From the NCBI GenBank assembly GCA_030295235.1, contig AP026176.1, positions 372,001-436,000 of the forward strand: a DNA stretch of 64,000 nt, in the 5' to 3' direction. This DNA is from Fistulifera solaris (lineage: Eukaryota). The notes beneath the pieces are model-generated. The model did no database searches. It was not told the DNA's origin and was given only the letters and a program-made list of their open reading frames with translations. Below are positions 12,921 through 23,673 of the stretch, in pieces. How positions within the stretch are numbered: the stretch's first letter is position 1; every line of letters begins with the position of its first letter. The translations under genes were made by a program, and so were the position numbers.

Positions 12921-13346
12921 TTCTTTACTATAAGATTGCTGGAAAGAGATAAATATGAGAAAAAAATAAAGTATCGAGAAAAACAATCACTGAGCATTCG
13001 GGTCGTTCTTCCGATGATATGCGCCATCGTCGTTATTGTTGTTGTCGCGATGGAAAACCAACGAAAAGATACATGGGTGCAACTGAAACGCTGTGCGACA
13101 ATTCTTATCCAGTCCAAAAAGGCGCGCTTGACCTGGCTGGCGCGCTGGGTCTGTCTGTCGTCAGTAATGTGCGCGCTTCTCAACTCTCATCAACAAACAA
13201 CGGCGGCGGAGGATCGCGATTATTGCATCGCATTGCAAATATTGCAACACAAAATCCATTCCCCTCTCTCTTCCTTTCTATTATCCTTTCCTTTCTTCTC
13301 TCTTTCTTCTAATACTATTACTATTACTAATACAATAATATACAAA

Positions 13347-15921
13347 ATGACTGATCAAACAACAGTGGTGTGGAAACACATTGGTTTACACGGTCATTCG
13401 ATGGGAACTTTATCTTTATTGAAAGAACGCATCACGTGGAAAGGGGCTTTGACGGGCGGCGGCGCGGCCGATGACGAGTATCAAGGTACCATGGTCCGTA
13501 ATATACCGGCTTCCGCTATAAAAGGAGCTCAATGGACAGTGTTCGGTAGAAGTGGACATTTGCGCATTCAAATTCAAGACGAGAAATTACCGCACGAATT
13601 GCGCTTCGATGGATTTCCGGCACAAGATGTGGATATTTTGAAAGATGCCTTGCAACAACAATACAACATTGCCATGCAATTGCACACAATGTCATCGGCG
13701 GGCACTCAATACGGATTGACTTCCGTGCAAGGCAAACAATTACTCTTTCGGCATTGTGTATTGGATGAAATGAACGAAGAAGGACAAGAATTCGAGCCTC
13801 GACCCGAACACGAAATGATGTCACTCAATTTGGCCGAAGTCAGTCAATGTGTGTTGCCCGGCAACAATCGCAACGAAATTGAAGTCCAATTCCCCGAATC
13901 CGATGCCGTCGAAGCCGGAACCGATCAATTGGGTGCGTCGATACAGTATATATTTTGTTTGTCGCGATGCTATCTCTTATACTCACCATTACATTACATT
14001 CACATACAGTCTCCATTCGCTTTTACATTCCCCCCGGATCTGGATGCCGATCCATCTGATAAAACGGCTCCGACCGCGGCCGAATTGTTACAAGCCAAAA
14101 TCATGGCCACAGCGCAAGTGCGCAAAACGACCGGCGACGTCATTTGTACGTTTGATGCCGCGAAAGGAACGTTCTTGACACCCCGGGGACGGTACGGCAT
14201 GGAATTGTACGATCGTTTTTTGCGGCTAAGAGGACAAAAGTACGACTACAAAATCAAATACGATGATATCAATCGTCTGTTCTTATTGCCGAAACCGGAT
14301 GAAGTCCACATGGCCTTTGTCATTGCGTTGGATAAACCCATTCGACAGGGTCAGCAGCGGTATCAGTATTTGGTGTTGCAGGCACCGAAAGATCCCGATG
14401 AAGTCACGATTGCCTTGGATGAAGACACGTTGGAAAAAGAATATAAAGGCGAATTGCAACCCGTCATGCGCGGATCCTTATCGAATCTCATTGCCAAGAC
14501 GTTCAAGGTGATTTCCGGCAAGAAGGTGTTCATTCCGGGCAAATTTGCCAATTCCAATGAACAGGCCTGTGTCAAATGTGCCGTCCGTGCCAATGAAGGA
14601 TTGTTGTATCCGCTCGAAAAACAATTTGTCTTTATTCACAAACCACCCATTATCATTCGTTTCAATGAAATTGAAAGTGTCGAATTTCAACGGTACGCCG
14701 GGGGACAGGGCAGTACCCGCAATTTCGATCTTTGCGTCAATTTGAAAGATCCCGAACAAAGCAGTACGAAGGAATACATCTTTTCCGGAATTGATCGATC
14801 CGATTATGCCGGATTGTACAACTTTTGAACGGCAAACAAATTCCCATTAAGAATTTGCAAGGCAGTGGTTTCATGGAAGAAGATGAAGTCAAGACGACTC
14901 GAAAACCCGTGTACAATGAAGACGAAATCTTTGGACCCGGTGGTGGTGGAGACGAAGAAGGATCGGACGATGAAGATTACGATGAAGATGCCGCCGCGGA
15001 AGATGAAGCGCCCGGTTCCAGTGATGACGACGATGACAGTGACGAACTCGATGATGATGAAATGGGATCCGAAGTGGACGAAGAGTTGGATTCGGATTTG
15101 GAGGAGCATCGCAAAGCGGGTGCCAAGACGAAAGTCGCCAAGCGCAGTCGTGATGATAGTGACGATGATGACGATGATGACGAGGAAGAAGAGAAACCCA
15201 AGAAGGGCAAAAGGCCAAGAAAGATCCGAATCAACCGAAACGGGCTTTGTCGGCGTATATGTTTTATGTTACAAAGAATCGCGACAAGCTCAAGAGTGAA
15301 AAACCGGATTTGTCCTTTGGCGAGTTGGTACGTAAAGTTTGTTCTAGGTGGACTTGGATATCTTTGTTGTAATTCATTTCTCATTGTGTTTCATGATATG
15401 CGACAGGGCAAAGAACTGGGCGCCCGTTGGAAAGAAATGAGCGCGGTGGACAAGGCTCCGTATGAAGCAATGGCTTCTAAAGACAAGACCCGCTACGCGT
15501 CCGAGATGAAAGATTACAAACCGACGGGGGACGCCACCACCAAGAAGAAGGAAAAGAAAGATCCGAATGCACCGAAGCGTAGCAAGACCAGCTACATCTT
15601 CTTCGCGGACGAAATGCGTGTCAAGCTTAAAAGGAGAACCCTTCCATGACGTTTGGTGAAACGGGCAAGAAAATTGGAGAAATGTTTCGTGCCTTGTCGG
15701 CGGACGAAAAGAAAAAGTACGAAGAAATGGCCCAGAAAGACAAGGAACGCGCCCGGAAAGAAATGGCGTCGTACAAGTCGGTCTTGGAACAACAAAATGG
15801 CAGTGACAATGAGAACGACGACGATGACGACGACGACGATAGCAGTAACGACGACAGTGATGGTGTCAACGACGCCGGTGGAGATCACCATAGCGACGAT
15901 GACAGTGATGATAGTGACTAG
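13347..15921 (+). CDS. SSRP1: FACT complex subunit SSRP1/Pob3 with acidic region and two HMG boxes; introns near 13932-14009 and 15328-15405; three homopolymer frameshifts
   Basis: TPRGRY, LRGQKYDYKI, LFLLPKPD, LDKPIRQGQQRY, CAVRANEGLLYPLEKQFVFIHKP, TRNFDL, then a D/E tract, then KKDPNQPKRALSAYMF and KKDPNAPKRSKTSYIFF HMG boxes. Confidence 0.93.
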
Positions 15922-16006
15922 ACTGCTGCCATACAATAAAACTATAAAATGATAATGACGACTCAAACGCAACCTTTTTGGTGCTCATTATAACATGGAC
16001 TCTTCC

Positions 16007-17370
16007 TTATTTGCCTTCCGATCGCGCTAATTCCTGTTCCAAATCGTAGACTACTATATGATCATTGGTCAAGGACCCCAAATACAATCGATTTTGATGT
16101 ACGGTCACTCCCGATATCATTTGCACGACCGAAGCGGTCGGATCTTGAATGTAATCCATGTGTCGTGTTTCCATATTCACACGAACGATCCCGGTATACT
16201 TGGGAACGACGGGCGGTGCGAGCGAACGTGGCAAATGCCACAACACTGATCGCGCCATTTGTTCTAGGAAGGACGGTAATTTCACCAACAAACGATGAAT
16301 GGGACTGAATGCATTGACAATGGCTCCATAACAATAGGTCGTCCCTTGGTGCGACGCACAATCGACATTATCGACGTAACCCGTCATTTCATCGGCATCC
16401 ACTAAAATCTCTGGTGACAAATACTCGGATGGTTTCAGTGGTGCTGTTGTGGTCGACAACGAATAGTGCAACAATCGTGATCCAAACGTTTCGGCCACAA
16501 CCAACCATTGTTCGTGCACCGGATCGACGGCAATTCCATTGGCAAAATGAATCCCATCGGCCAAGACACGGACGTGTCCGGTGCGGGGTTGTATTCACAG
16601 ACGCGGCCCGTAACCTGACCACGAATCAAATCCAGTTTGCTCGCATACAATGTATCCCAGACGTATTTCCCATCTTTGCGGATGCGAGGAGGAGCAAGAT
16701 CGGTGGAATCCGTAAAGTAAATATGGCCCGTTTTGGGACCCACTGCCACGGCATTGACATACCGCAAGGGTGATTCGTAGGGAATGCCGTCTTCCGTCAG
16801 AACAGTGACCATATTCGCCACCAATTCGACACGACTTTGCGTATCAGTGTACTGCCGCAACCGCGTCAATCCCAAGACGGCATCGGCGATATACAGCGTG
16901 TGTTCGTGCGACGTATACCGTCCGCCCAAGGGTCGTCCGATGCCTAGTTCTTGAACGATACGCGTGTCGACCGTAGTATTACTACTAGCAGTTGAAGCAT
17001 TCGTCTTTTTCTTGTTCTTGGCATCCACCAGTAATTCAACTAGTTTCCCGTCTTCCGTCAAGACCAAGAGTTGCTGCTGTTTGCCGATGACGGCTGTTTC
17101 GGGTCCATAGACAGGTTGCTGAAAGAAGAGTTTGTGATGGTGTTGTTGCAACGATCGATTGCTGAAATTAATCTCCGCCGCACGAAAGTTGGATGTGCTA
17201 CGCAGTAGTACACTTTTACGAAAGAACCACAACAACAAGAGACATCCTAATAACGGCCGCGAAACGACATGGCGTCGACGCCGTTGACGTTGTAAGATCT
17301 CGTACAATTGCGCGTCTTCGTGTTTCGCCGCATACGCGGCCGCCCGTCCACGGCGATTGCGAAATGTCAT
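16007..17370 (-). CDS. Strictosidine synthase-like / APMAP-like beta-propeller membrane protein; frameshift near 16586
   Basis: YGPET, GRPLG, LYIADAVLGL, IYFTDS, TGRVCEYNP, LADGIHFANGIAV, VVAET, GYVDNV, LYLGSL; N-terminal TM helix. Confidence 0.88.
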
Positions 17371-17753
17371 TGTTTTATAAAAGAGATATATTTCAAACAA
17401 TAGATAGGATGTAGAAAGAGAAAACGCGATGAATGATGAAGCATCATCGATGGGTGCGAGTTTTGTGAGAGGCGCGCGCATCGTATTGACGTGAGAACAA
17501 CGTTTCGTCGTTCCGGTAATTGTCGGTCACTATTATTGCTCGCGCGCACACCGCGCCATTTCAAATCCCTCTCGCGCGCGCGCATTCTTGTGCAGTCTCG
17601 TCTGTAAGACACCCGCTAATGTTGTTGTGTTGTTTTTGACAACAACCTGCAACAACAACGACAACTACGAAAAACAACGACGACGCCTTTCTTTATTCAT
17701 TATCTATTGATTTCTTCCTTTTCTAGTGTTCATTACATATAAATCCTCAACAA

Positions 17754-18326
17754 ATGTTTCAGTCGATAATTAATTTCGCGCGCCCTCTCCAACCGCTCGC
17801 TACAACAGCCATTCGCTCGAAACATTCCTCGACACAAACGAAACGTTTGTTCAATCAACATCCCGCACGGTTGCGTTTTTTGAAGCGTCTCGACACGAAA
17901 GACACAGATGACATGCAGCCTGCGTTGCAGTATGCTCCGACCTTTCATACACCCCATTTCTTACCGAATGGTTGGTCGGCGCCGCCGGTGACCGAAATCC
18001 CGACCTATCCCTTTACGGTGGCCCGTACCCGCCACAAACCCAATGATGCCATTGGCTTTTTGCCCGTCTATACGAAACATCGGTACGTCTGAAAAAAAGA
18101 AATACACTCGGACCTTTTATTTCGCTCACACTGCATTGACAGCAAAGACGGCACCAAAATCACGACACGCATCAAACAAGTCTCCGGAGATCGCACCCTC
18201 TTTGTACAAGAATTACAGGCTCTTTTACCGGATGTAGCCATTCGGGAGCGCACGGGAGGGACGATCGAAGTGAATGGGAATTACGCGCGCGTCGTTCGAC
18301 ACTGGTTGGCGGGATTGGGGTTTTAA
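17754..18326 (+). CDS. Mitochondrial ribosomal protein L49/Img2-like, one intron (~18083-18142)
   Basis: Mitochondrial-type presequence; YPFTVART...LPVYTKH; second exon DGTKITTRIKQVSGD...IEVNGNYARVVRHWLAGLGF-stop, the typical L49 C-terminus. Confidence 0.82.
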
Positions 18327-18697
18327 CGGCAGAAATAGTAGTAGTAACGAACGAACGAAAACAGTCGTATCAGTTATCTTACCGTCAGGTTTCTTATCAT
18401 GAGCACATATAGAGTCTAGAAGCGGACGTCGTTTTGTGCGCATGCAAATGGAGTAGGGACCCCATATCGTCGTCGTTTGAGGAGTCGTTCGCTTTGATTG
18501 CCCACACACACCAACCTCCTAGTCGGTCTGTACTTCCATCCGCTACAACTTCCGGGTCTGCTTGTTGCAACGACGTTATTGCAAAACGCGACAAAATAAA
18601 AAAAAAAAGACGACGAAGAAGATATCATTTTGCAGCCGGGTGTTCTTATTTCCTCTTCTGTTTGCCATCAACTCGTATTTTGTTTGTTTACAATAGC

Positions 18698-20409
18698 ATG
18701 TTTTTGCCAAGGAATTATCGCAAACGGAGTCGTCTGGCGTGCAGTGCTTTCGTTTTGTGCGGCCATTCGTTCTTCACCACATTCGCATGGGTCACTCCCG
18801 ACTTGCAACAACCAAGACAACCAGTACGCCTGTGTTTACATCCCGAAGAAGATCCCGGTACTATGGAACGGTATCGAAAACGACAATTGCGAAGACGACA
18901 ACAACGACGTCGAGTTTTGCCACCCGAACGAGTAGTACCGAAAAACAACAATGCACAACACATTTTCGTATCTCCAAACATGAAAGGAAATAATAAGAAC
19001 GTCTCTTCGGTATCGAACAATGAACCGACTTTTGTACGCGATCAAGAAGAAATCGAAACGAAGAGTGATGAATTAATCATAATATCTCAATACAACGAAA
19101 CGTATGAAGCAAAACCATCATCATCGAATCTATCGTCACCACGACAAGAGGAAGAAGAAAAATTTCCTTTGCAACACCAGCACAACAATCATTCTGTAAT
19201 TCTGGACGCAACAAGCAATCCTGTCAATGTGTCGGAACAATATGATGCAGGCACAACAAAGAGACCATCGTCTTCACTGTTTGGAACACGCACGCCCACC
19301 AGTCGATGGAAACGGGTCTTGCAAACCACTCGAGCGATGGCTCGAGTTCCGCACGCACTGAAACAAACGGCGCTTTGGGAACGATCCATGAAACGAATCA
19401 TTCGACGGCATGCCGTTCAAGAAGACAGCATAATACAGGACGTGGATTATCACTATGTTCGTCGGGATCCGATCGATGTTTCAATAGAGGCCAAAAATCG
19501 AACTTTCGACAACGCTCGATATCCCCCACGACGGCCGGAACCGAGTATAGTACGACAATTAGCATTGCACGAAAACTCTATGACGAATGCTTCCGTACCT
19601 ACGATACCACAATATCGACCCAAACGTCCTCGTCCTACGTCAGAGCTCAAAAGTGCATCGACGCGGAGCGAGAAGCGTCGAATCTACAATCCCTACAACA
19701 ATAACAACAAAGCTGAGGAAATGGATTCCGTAGATCGTATTGGGCAATTTCTAGCAAATACGGTCGATCAGTTCTTTTGGGGACAGTACGATAATGATGA
19801 TGATACTGTCAACGGTGACGAACCTGCAACGAGACAACCACCACCGCCGCCCAGGAAGCGCCCCTCGAAACAAACGTACAGCCAAAAAACTCGATCGTCC
19901 TCGCGACACTGGAAAGATCGTTTGGAAGAACGCTTCGATTCCATTATGGGAATACACGAAGATGGAGAAGTGTACAACCGATGGTTTCAATACGAACAGC
20001 AAGAAGAGAATGTTCCCCGAAAGCGCCCCGCTAGAAAGAAACCATTTTGGGAAGAGGAAGGTAGTCTGATAGCACTCTTGCTGGGACGCACTAAAAATGG
20101 TGAACGATTGTCATGGGAAAAAGCGTTGACGCCACGAGGAGGGGATGGGTCACTGGTGACAATTTTTCGTACCGTCCTACAAACCACCTTAGTATTCGCC
20201 AGTTATGCGTTCCGCTGGGCCAGTGTCCGAGGGCCATTCCCCAGCCGGTCGTGGTGTTGGGTGTATCGGCGGCGGGTCTGTGTGTGCGACAACACCGCAT
20301 CCGGGCCATGGTGCTGGCTTTGATTTTATTCCGGACCGTAGGAGAATTGGTGCATGGCGGTCTTTATGGACAAGATGGATGGGAAGACGATATCGAGGAG
20401 TCGCCCTGA
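18698..20409 (+). CDS. Hypothetical protein, low-complexity, possible signal/transit leader and C-terminal TM segments; frameshift near 20231
   Basis: Long ORF; one extra G joins it to the ORF ending 20409 (AIPQPVVVLGVSAAGL...MVLALILFRTVGELVHG). Confidence 0.65.
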
Positions 20410-20458
20410 AATGTAAACGAACTACGAAAATGAAATTATGAAGGTCTGTTCTATTTAG

Positions 20459-22207
20459 TTATGACTCCGCCGTCAAGTCCTTGCTACTTGTCCTGGATGA
20501 CTCTTGTTTTGCTGCAACGACAGCATTCACAAAGCTAGCAGCAGCGTTATTCATAAAAGCCCAGTTGTGCAAAAATGGAAACCAACCGAGGGGCCTGTGG
20601 AGAATACACGACCGATTCAGACGTGAAAAACAAAAAGGTGAGAAATGCTAGACGAAAAGAACGAAAACACCAACAAGATTGACGAGCACGCACCATCCAA
20701 CGTGGCCTCCTCGTTTGGTCAGCAACAGGAAAAGATTGCCTGATCCGGTTCGAGTGAGATTGGCGGGATGTTTCCATCCATCATTCGACGCGACCGTTTT
20801 CCACGTAATCAAAGGGTCGTCGAGGGCTTGTAACACCAGAAAAGGAATTGATATATTGTGAATGCGCCGATGTGGTGCAATCGCATCACTGTCAAATTCT
20901 TCAAAGGGAATATCCCCCAATGCACTCATCTCACTGTAGTAGTGCTGAAAAAAAAATAGATAAGCTAAATGTCTTGAAAAGTCCACTTTCACATGCTTTA
21001 GCAATACGTACCATGAGATCACGAAATCCGTTGTAGGCAACAACGGCGGTTCGATCGATACCAGCAATATTGGTTGCCCGCATTAATGCCTTCATTTGTG
21101 TTTTGGACAAACGACTTCGTACTCGTTCTCCCCATTTTCCCACCACAAAGGTATCACGCAATTCCACCGCCACAATGGGCTGCCACAATCGATGTGCACG
21201 ATTCGGTTCTGCCTCGACCCGCATATCCAATCCACCCGAAATGGCCACGGCCGCATGGAGGGCACATTCGGTACCCGACCGGGCCACGTAATTGCTCAAA
21301 ATAATCCCTCCCATACTGTATCCCACACCGACCAACAGTTGGTTCGGTGCCAACGCCGTTTGCAAGACCTTGGCCGCTGCGTGGACATCGGTCCAGCGGG
21401 CGCCATGAAAGACATTCCATCCCCGGACGGGCAAATCCGGCAACCACAATCGATGCCATTCAATGAGAGGTGCTCGATTGAGTAAAAAGGCAATCCAGTA
21501 CGCGCATCTCCCGTCGGCATCCAAGGTGTGGCCGGTGTATATTTTCTAAAAGTTTCGGGCCACTGCTTTACAATGGGTGTAGCATGCGATGTATCGTAAT
21601 AGAGTCCTTCTTCGAACTGAGGGGCCACCATGGTGGAATCGTATACGAGAAAGAGTGTGATCAACACCGATCCCAGAAGCGTGCAGCGCAGGAATCGATT
21701 TGACGTGGACCGCCAGACGAGAAAAACTACAGCAACAAACGTCGTAGCGCCATACCGAGGCCCCATTTCCAAACAATACAATTCATCCGTCCACAAGACC
21801 ATGGCCGATATCACCGTCCAAACATACAACAGTGTATTATATTTGGTTGTTGTCAAAGTAGGAAGTAATTCCCGTTGCAACAAATACAACAGACCCACCG
21901 GAGCCACAAAATAGGCGAACAATCGAAACCACAATTCCATCATGGCCCACAAGGAGGGGACGACTTGAGCTGTTATCGTCCAAATTACATCCTGTAACGT
22001 TTCCAAATGCTCCCAATGCAACAAGGGTCCTTGTCGAGGAATATTCGTCAAATAATACGCCGAAAAGTTCGCGGCAAACGTCGTACAAAAGGGATGCACG
22101 GTGGGCAATTGCAGGGATGTGAGAAAGGTTTGTGAGGAAATGTGTGTGATGGTTGTCGATATCTGCCACGGAGTTTGCGATGCACAAAAGTCTTCAATCG
22201 ACCACAT
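20459..22207 (-). CDS. ABHD1/3 / YheT-family alpha/beta hydrolase with N-terminal TM helices; multi-exon, frameshift near 21486, apparent internal deletion
   Basis: Nucleophile GYSMGG, AAVAISGGLD, IPFLVLQALDDPL (Asp), LLLTKRGGHVGW (His); last exon PLGWFPFLHNWAFMN. Confidence 0.8.
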
Positions 22208-22627
22208 TTTGATACGAAGAACGAGTAGGAATACACAGAGAGGATTGTTTTCAAGTAGTTAACAACAACAATAAGGAAGCACCATTATTCCACTTCCTAT
22301 TATTTTACGCGATCGACGGAGGAAAATCCGTGTTGAGTACCGGTATGCCTCGGCGCGATTCCCTCATTCATTGGCGTACAAGCATGAGCGCAAATTCATT
22401 TATTTCCTTCCGTCAATCCAGCAGACGTTGGTTCCATCCTGCGAGGGAATGTTGCTTAGCTTTCACTCTACAGCTTGTCGAAGAAGTAGTGACAAGGTCT
22501 GAGAGTCGGAGGAAAGATCTTCTTTCTATACTACTTTGAACAAGATTATATTCGTCATCAATCTGTCCCAAAAAGAGGATCCCCTTACTATGATTATATT
22601 CTTATGCGATTCCCCACTACTTCCCGT

Positions 22628-22933
22628 TTAAGGACAGATACAAAACATACCCAAACATTGGCTTGTGGACCCCGGCGACGTCGGCGGCGCATACGGTGCC
22701 TCACTGTACGAGTGCACGGGTTCGTCCGAACTGCTGGGCGTCGCACTGGGGTATTCCGAAAGGGGCGCCGTGTAAGGTGCTTCACTGAAGGAGTGCACGG
22801 GTTCATTTGAGTTGCTGGGTGTGGCACTCGGATAATCGCTGCTTGCGGGGCTGCTGGGCGATAGTCCGGCCGCGAGAGAAGCGGATGCACTGGGCGCCAG
22901 AAAGAGAACGAAAACGGCGGGAGTAATCTTCAT
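22628..22933 (-). CDS. Small secreted Ser/Pro-rich protein with two 27-aa repeats and a Cys-rich tail
   Basis: Signal MKITPAVFVLFLAPSASA; repeats SDYPSATPSNSNEPVHSFSEAPY / SEYPSATPSSSDEPVHSYSEAPY; ends QCLGMFCICP. Confidence 0.7.
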   Translation of the reverse strand: MKITPAVFVLFLAPSASASLAAGLSPSSPASSDYPSATPSNSNEPVHSFSEAPYTAPLSEYPSATPSSSDEPVHSYSEAPYAPPTSPGSTSQCLGMFCICP

Positions 22934-23673
22934 GGCTTGAAAGTTGAGATTTGATGAAAAGAAACAAGAGAGAAAAGTGTTGATGGAGTGACGAACAATG
23001 GAAAAATAATGAGAGCGTTGATCCAATGTTTTGTTGAAAGAAAAAGTCGTCCAAGAACCTTTTATTCGCGGCCCGTTGTGGCAGTAGTTTGTGGCCTCTC
23101 TGTGGCTTTTGTGACTGTATGCTCGGTGTGTACACAACGTGCAACTTGGCGTCAGTAATCCAACAGTAAACAGTAAACAATAAACAACAAGAAACAAGAC
23201 ACAAGACACAAGACCGAAACCACGAATCATAGTACAAAAAAAGGGAGAGACCATAAGCGAAACGTTTCGAGGCTTAAGTTAATCTGACGCGTTTTTTCCG
23301 CACATGATTGTTCCACTGACTACGAACTACGAATGTGACTTATCTCAGTAATAAATGGCGAACACCAAGACAGCATTTCCGAGACATCCGTACTTGTACG
23401 TCGATATTCCACCGCAGAAAGGAATAGTCTTCCATTATTGTACAAGTAGAGACGTGGGTCATTGCACTCATGATCGATTAGATGGATGGATTCCAGATTC
23501 CATGGCCAAGCGCTGCTGGCGGGCTCTCGCCGGCCGGCTCGCATCCAGCAAAAGATCGTCCGCAAGGCACGGATAAACAATGACAGCATGTTTGTCATTA
23601 TTTGTCATTTGTTTTCTTTTTTCATCTTATCCTTCTTCCTTCGTTTGAAAAATAATACGAAAACAAAAATACC

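Noticed and set aside
12891..13346. 152-aa N-terminal extension of SSRP1 in the ORF track
   Set aside because: Spans the divergent promoter and CT-rich 5' UTR and overlaps the LtrA start; Met 13347 fits the family.
4757..15635. Programmed ribosomal frameshifting or RNA editing as the cause of split ORFs
   Set aside because: Breaks affect runs of all four bases with no shared slippery site or stimulatory structure; assembly error is more parsimonious.
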